This document shows, one piece after another, positions 59,758-64,000 of a stretch of DNA of 64,000 nucleotides. The DNA is from Clostridia bacterium. Lineage in GTDB: Bacteria > Bacillota > Clostridia > Christensenellales > UMGS416. Under the pieces are notes generated by a model. The model worked only from the letters and a program-made list of their open reading frames with translations, did no database searches and had not been told where the DNA came from. A program made the translations under genes and the position numbers. The stretch spans positions 70,076-134,075 of the forward strand of contig JAFGUF010000012.1 in assembly GCA_016938675.1 (NCBI GenBank), written 5' to 3'. Within the stretch, counting starts at the first letter, position 1. Each line of letters starts with the position of its first letter.

Positions 59758-60455
59758 AGTTTACTAATACCTTTATAATATGATATGAACGCCTCGTTCA
59801 CCTCTTTATATTTCGCCCTGCTTACAGGTATGCTTTTTCCGTTATCCAATATTATTTCTTCCTTCTTTATCTGCTTTACAGCGCTTAGATTGACTATATA
59901 TGACCGGTGACAGAACATAAAGCCCTCGCCCAATTCCCTATAAAACGCTGTTATGCCCTGCTTCAAAGTAAAGTCTTTGTTTTCAGTGGCCACTACTATG
60001 TAGTGAGCCTGCGCCTCGACATACATAATAGAACTCCGAGGCACTTTTGTGTCGTTTATTATTATATATTTTTCTGCTTTTTTGATCTCATTGTATGCGC
60101 TTTCCATGCAGGAAAAAAGCTTCTCCTTATCAACCGGCTTTAGCAGGTAATGCAGCGCGTTTACATCGTAGCCCTCAAAAACATAATCCTTTACTGCGGT
60201 TATAAATATTATTACGACGTCATCCTTTTGCTCACGCAATTTTTTCGCCAGCTCTATGCCTGTCATTTTGTCCATCTGTATGTCCAAAAGCAGCACATCA
60301 AAGGGATGCTCATCCTCCTTGGAAAAAAGAAAAGCCTCCGCGCTCAAATAGCACTGAACCTCCGTTTTTATCTCCATTCCCTCCGCCCATTGCCTAACCA
60401 AATTATCAAGCAAATTTGCGTGCGCTCTATTATCTTCGCATATTCCTATCCGCAT
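59754..60455 (-). CDS. LytTR family response regulator
   Basis: ICED, LLDIQM, YLLKP, CHRSYIVNL, IPVSR. Confidence 0.92.
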   Translation of the reverse strand: MRIGICEDNRAHANLLDNLVRQWAEGMEIKTEVQCYLSAEAFLFSKEDEHPFDVLLLDIQMDKMTGIELAKKLREQKDDVVIIFITAVKDYVFEGYDVNALHYLLKPVDKEKLFSCMESAYNEIKKAEKYIIINDTKVPRSSIMYVEAQAHYIVVATENKDFTLKQGITAFYRELGEGFMFCHRSYIVNLSAVKQIKKEEIILDNGKSIPVSRAKYKEVNEAFISYYKGISKL

Positions 60456-60654
60456 TTTGTAATCCTGTATTCAAAGTATTTTATATAATTATACCAGTAT
60501 GCGCCGCAATGTAAAGCCACTGTGACTATATCACAGAATTTAGCCTCCGTATGCGATAAGGTGAATATGCAGATAAATTAATTATTCTGTTTTAATTAAT
60601 AAAATAAGGCTTAATTAAAAAGTACATAACCCTTAAAGGAAAGGACGTATCATT

Positions 60655-61131
60655 ATGAATATATATGAAAGCGGCCTGAAGGCCGAGAATATGAACGGAG
60701 AGAACGTAGATTTCTCACAATACAAAGGAAAAGTGCTGCTGGTTGTCAATACCGCCAGCAAGTGCGGATATACAAAGCAGTTTGCAGGGCTTGAGGAAGT
60801 ATATAAAAAATACAAAGATAAGGACTTCTTAATTCTGGGATTTCCTTGCAATCAGTTCGCCGGGCAGGATCCGGGAACGGACGAGGAGATATTGAGCTTC
60901 TGCCAGGTCAATTACGGCGTAAGCTTCCCAATGTTTAAGAAGCTGAAAGTGAACGGCCCTGAAAGGCATGAGCTGTATAAATACCTATTGGCAAATAACC
61001 CGGTAAGCTCCAACAGGATAAAGTGGAACTTTGAAAAATTCCTCATTGACAGAGATGGAAATATCGTAAACAGGTATATCTCCAAGGACACACCGGAAGA
61101 TATAGCCCCTGCTATTGAAAAGCTGCTTTAA
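60655..61131 (+). CDS. Glutathione peroxidase family protein (Cys-type)
   Basis: VNTASKCG.T, GFPCNQF..Q, IKWNFEKFLI. Terminator at about 61146-61172. Confidence 0.93.
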   Translation: MNIYESGLKAENMNGENVDFSQYKGKVLLVVNTASKCGYTKQFAGLEEVYKKYKDKDFLILGFPCNQFAGQDPGTDEEILSFCQVNYGVSFPMFKKLKVNGPERHELYKYLLANNPVSSNRIKWNFEKFLIDRDGNIVNRYISKDTPEDIAPAIEKLL

Positions 61132-61209
61132 AATAAAATATCATTATGTGCCAAGCCTTATGGCTTGGCATGTATTATTTTAAGAAAATGGGTAAAAACT
61201 ATTTCTAAA

Positions 61210-61424
61210 CCCTCTACCCTTATAATAAATGGCTGCGCCCATAACAACCCAAAGGCCGAAAGTTAAAAAATAAATAATGAGCTCAGTTGAAAAATGAATT
61301 TATTCTCCGATAAGCCTCCCATGTAAGGGGACGGCAAGCACGTCTGCGAAGCAGGCTGCGATGAGCGAAAGTTACTTTGAAAAAGTGACGAAAGCCAGCC
61401 AAGCGGAGCTTGACGGAGGGGTTT
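61210..61424. repeat. Family-B unit (61210-61250, -) and expanded family-A element (61312-61424, +)
   Basis: AAGCCTCCCATGTAAGGGGA-CGGCAAGCACGTCTGC-GAA-GCAGGCTGCGATGAGCGAAAGTTACTTT-GAA-AAAGTGACGAAAGCCAGCCAAGC-GGA-GCTTGACGGAGGGG. Confidence 0.8.
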
Positions 61425-61481
61425 GATTTAGAAATACTTACACTCTTGCAATATCAAAATTCAATTACAGAAGGAGAATTT

Positions 61482-62510
61482 ATGGAAAACAAAAAGACAT
61501 TTAATTTAAAAAAGACAGTAATCGCGGCGCTGACCGCATCGGTTATACTTACCGTACTTGTATACTTAACTTCCCTTACACTGGGAAGATTCACATCAAC
61601 GCTTTTGGAGGATAAGGGCGCAGCATGGTACTACTGGAAGCTGCCGGAAGCCAGCCTATGGGCGACGATTACGGCGTGGGGGCTATACGCCGCTCACCAG
61701 ATAACTGCATGGTATTTAGTATATAAAATCAGCAAACAGCCCCAAAGCGAAAAAGGAAAGGCCAGCAGGCTTAATGTAATATTCCTTGTTGTCAACGCGG
61801 TCTTCATCCTGCTGCATATTGCTCAGACAATGCTATTTTATGATGGTCTGGCACAACAGGTTCCGGTTATGTCATCTCAGGGTTCAGTTATTGTAATGCT
61901 GGTTATGATACTGATACTTATGAATTCCCGCAGGGGAATATTCTTCGGCAAGAAAGTGAAGCTGCCAAAGGAAGCCGTCGGCTGGGTATTCAAAAGCCAT
62001 GGTTTCTATATAGCATGGGCGGTTGTTTATACATTCTGGTTCCACCCTGCGGAGGGCACACTTGGGCATTTAATGGGATTTTTCTACTTGTTCATGCTGT
62101 TCACCCAGATGTCATTGGCAGGCACAAGATTTCACAATGATACAAAATGGGTAACTGTGCTTGAAGTTTACGTTGCAGTCCACGGCGCAATTGTAGCCAT
62201 CGAGGCGGCAAACGGCATGTGGCCGATGTTCTTCTTCGGATTTATGATGATGTTCGTCGTCACTGCGCTTTATGGGCTCACTAAAAAGAAGGGCATAATC
62301 CTTGCTATAAGCATTGCATACATACTGCTTGCGCTGCTGGTTTTCAGCGGGGTGCTGGGCAATGATAATACCCTTGCAGATATCCATCAAGTAACGTGGA
62401 TTCCCATAATTCTATACGCTCTGGTCTTTGTGCTAATCGGCCTTTATCAGGCGGCGTATCTATTGTTCGGGCGAAAACAGAAAAAAGCTGAACTGGAAAC
62501 TGACAACTAA
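61482..62510 (+). CDS. Multi-pass membrane protein of unknown function, His-rich
   Basis: About 10 TMs, AAGGAG RBS before ATG 61482. Terminator at about 62533-62566. Confidence 0.8.
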   Translation: MENKKTFNLKKTVIAALTASVILTVLVYLTSLTLGRFTSTLLEDKGAAWYYWKLPEASLWATITAWGLYAAHQITAWYLVYKISKQPQSEKGKASRLNVIFLVVNAVFILLHIAQTMLFYDGLAQQVPVMSSQGSVIVMLVMILILMNSRRGIFFGKKVKLPKEAVGWVFKSHGFYIAWAVVYTFWFHPAEGTLGHLMGFFYLFMLFTQMSLAGTRFHNDTKWVTVLEVYVAVHGAIVAIEAANGMWPMFFFGFMMMFVVTALYGLTKKKGIILAISIAYILLALLVFSGVLGNDNTLADIHQVTWIPIILYALVFVLIGLYQAAYLLFGRKQKKAELETDN

Positions 62511-62667
62511 CTTTCTTCTATTCTTATTCCTTAAAAAAGGGCGGATTAATCTCTGCTCTTTTTTTATTGATATATCTATTCCCTCGGCCGCAAGCAAAGC
62601 GTTATCTTAATATACCGCAGAGGATGAGAGCGACCTGGAGAGCCGCAAAAATCAGAAAAGTATATTC

Positions 62668-62706
62668 TCGTAACCGGTTGCGAAAATCCTGAATTAATGG
62701 TATTCT
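62668..62706 (+). promoter_or_regulatory. Promoter of GH9 gene with LacI-type operator over the -35
   Basis: Palindrome TCGTAACCGGTTGCGA (62668-62683), TTGCGA-17-TATTCT with TGn. Confidence 0.6.
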
Positions 62707-62756
62707 ATATCATAAATACTACAAAAAATTATCTTGCAAATGAAAGGTAGGATATT

Positions 62757-64000
62757 ATGCTTAAGAAGAAGGGACTCATATTCATTTTATTTATTTTTGT
62801 GTTTTTCAACCTGCTCTATGGCTGCACGGACACAAAACCGGAAGTAATAGAAACCACTCCTATTGAGACGGCTGCCCCAACGGAGGCTCCCATCGTTATG
62901 GAGGATAACGCCAATGAAATAATAACCAACGGAGACTTCTCTCAGGGCTATCATGCATGGGGCCTATACACCGAGGGAACGGGATGCGAATTCGGCCCGT
63001 CAAACGGATCGGCATTTATCCCAATCAAAGGAACAGGAAACGTGGAATGGGGAGTGCAGATGTTCCAGGACGGAATCCTCCTGACCCGCGACTGCACATA
63101 CACGCTGAAATTCGACATTAAATCCGAAGTAGAAAGAACGGCTAAGGTTCGCGTGCAGCTGAATGCATCGCCCTACACAGGATACATAGAAGAGGTCATT
63201 ACAATCCCGGCAGGCGATGAGTTCACAACATATGAGTTCGACTTCACTATGGAGCAATTCACAGACCCAGCAGGCAGGCTGGTTTTCAACCTCGGCAAAT
63301 TCGAGGGTGAAGAACTGGAAGCCCATGATGTGGAGATTGACAACGTTTCTCTTGTAATAACCTCCGGCGAGCAAGCGACATTTGATTTGGGAGAAAGAGA
63401 AATAAACAATATCAAGATAAATCAGATAGGCTACATGCCCGAAAACAGAAAAGTAGCGCTTATAAGCGATATATCAGATGCTGATGAATTCAGAGTAGTA
63501 TCATCAGACGGCGCAGTAGTATACACAGGCACTATGAGCGACGCGAAGGATAACCCCGCAAGCGGCGAGAGCACACGGATAGCCGACTTCTCTGAAGTAA
63601 CAGCAGAAGGCACATATCATATTGAAATAGATAACCATGATAATTCATATGACTTTGTAATATCAGAGAATGTATATTCCGATGTGTCGGCAGCAGTGCT
63701 TAAAATGTTCTACTATCAAAGGTGCGGCATGGAGCTGACCGAGGATTACATCGGCGACTTCGCCCACGGCGCATGCCACACTACAGAAGCAATTGTCTTC
63801 GGCACGGAGGATAAATTCCAGGATGTATCCGGCGGCTGGCACGACGCAGGCGACTTCGGCAGGTATGTAACTCCTGCCTCAAAAGCTGTAATTGACCTGC
63901 TGCTTGCCTATGAGCGCAGTCCGGAGAGCTTCACTGACGATACCGATATCCCCGAGCATGGCAACGGCATTGCAGATATCTTGGATGAAGCAAAGTATGA
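62757..64000 (+). CDS. Glycoside hydrolase family 9 lipoprotein (CBM4-like + Ig-like + GH9), truncated by window end
   Basis: Not in the ORF track. Manual translation gives lipobox LLYGC, IITNGDFS (CBM4-like), INQIGYMPE (CelD-type Ig), FYYQRCG and DVSGGWHDAGDFGRY. Confidence 0.9.
   Translation, partial: MLKKKGLIFILFIFVFFNLLYGCTDTKPEVIETTPIETAAPTEAPIVMEDNANEIITNGDFSQGYHAWGLYTEGTGCEFGPSNGSAFIPIKGTGNVEWGVQMFQDGILLTRDCTYTLKFDIKSEVERTAKVRVQLNASPYTGYIEEVITIPAGDEFTTYEFDFTMEQFTDPAGRLVFNLGKFEGEELEAHDVEIDNVSLVITSGEQATFDLGEREINNIKINQIGYMPENRKVALISDISDADEFRVVSSDGAVVYTGTMSDAKDNPASGESTRIADFSEVTAEGTYHIEIDNHDNSYDFVISENVYSDVSAAVLKMFYYQRCGMELTEDYIGDFAHGACHTTEAIVFGTEDKFQDVSGGWHDAGDFGRYVTPASKAVIDLLLAYERSPESFTDDTDIPEHGNGIADILDEAKY

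Noticed and set aside
60655-61131. Selenoprotein glutathione peroxidase
   Set aside because: The active-site codon is TGC (Cys).
61340-61400. Hammerhead ribozyme in the expanded repeat (..CTGCGATGAG..GAAA..)
   Set aside because: The core reads CTGCGATGA, not CUGANGA, and the stems do not give hammerhead topology.

Overview
This 64-kb window looks like chromosomal DNA from an anaerobic Clostridia-type bacterium. From left to right it holds: the 5' end of a NagD-like HAD hydrolase; a minus-strand lysine fermentation operon (kce-kdd-kamA-kamB-kamD-kamE-kat-atoD-atoA) behind a lysine riboswitch with ON-switch geometry, which uses the 3-aminobutyryl-CoA aminotransferase (Kat) route and has no kal or kamC; an Opp peptide ABC operon; a YtrA/GntR-ABC module; and a patch of single genes. 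That patch includes an AT-rich Zn-ribbon/HEPN-like/SEC-C gene split by one in-frame TAA. Further right are an MBOAT-DHHW-RCC1 operon, a TasA-like gene and an orphan hybrid kinase. Then come a WYL regulator paired with an orphan TnpV-like gene (a palindrome replaces the -35), a speA-speB-CASDH-nspC spermidine operon, a LytTR two-component system with an ABC exporter, a glutathione peroxidase, a His-rich membrane protein, and a CBM4-Ig-GH9 lipoprotein cut off by the window end. Two families of short intergenic hairpin repeats recur across the window. Their loops are mostly GNA triloops on one strand, and some copies carry nested modules. I saw no tRNA, rRNA, CRISPR array, transposase or integrase. 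All calls come from motif recognition by eye; no database searches were run.
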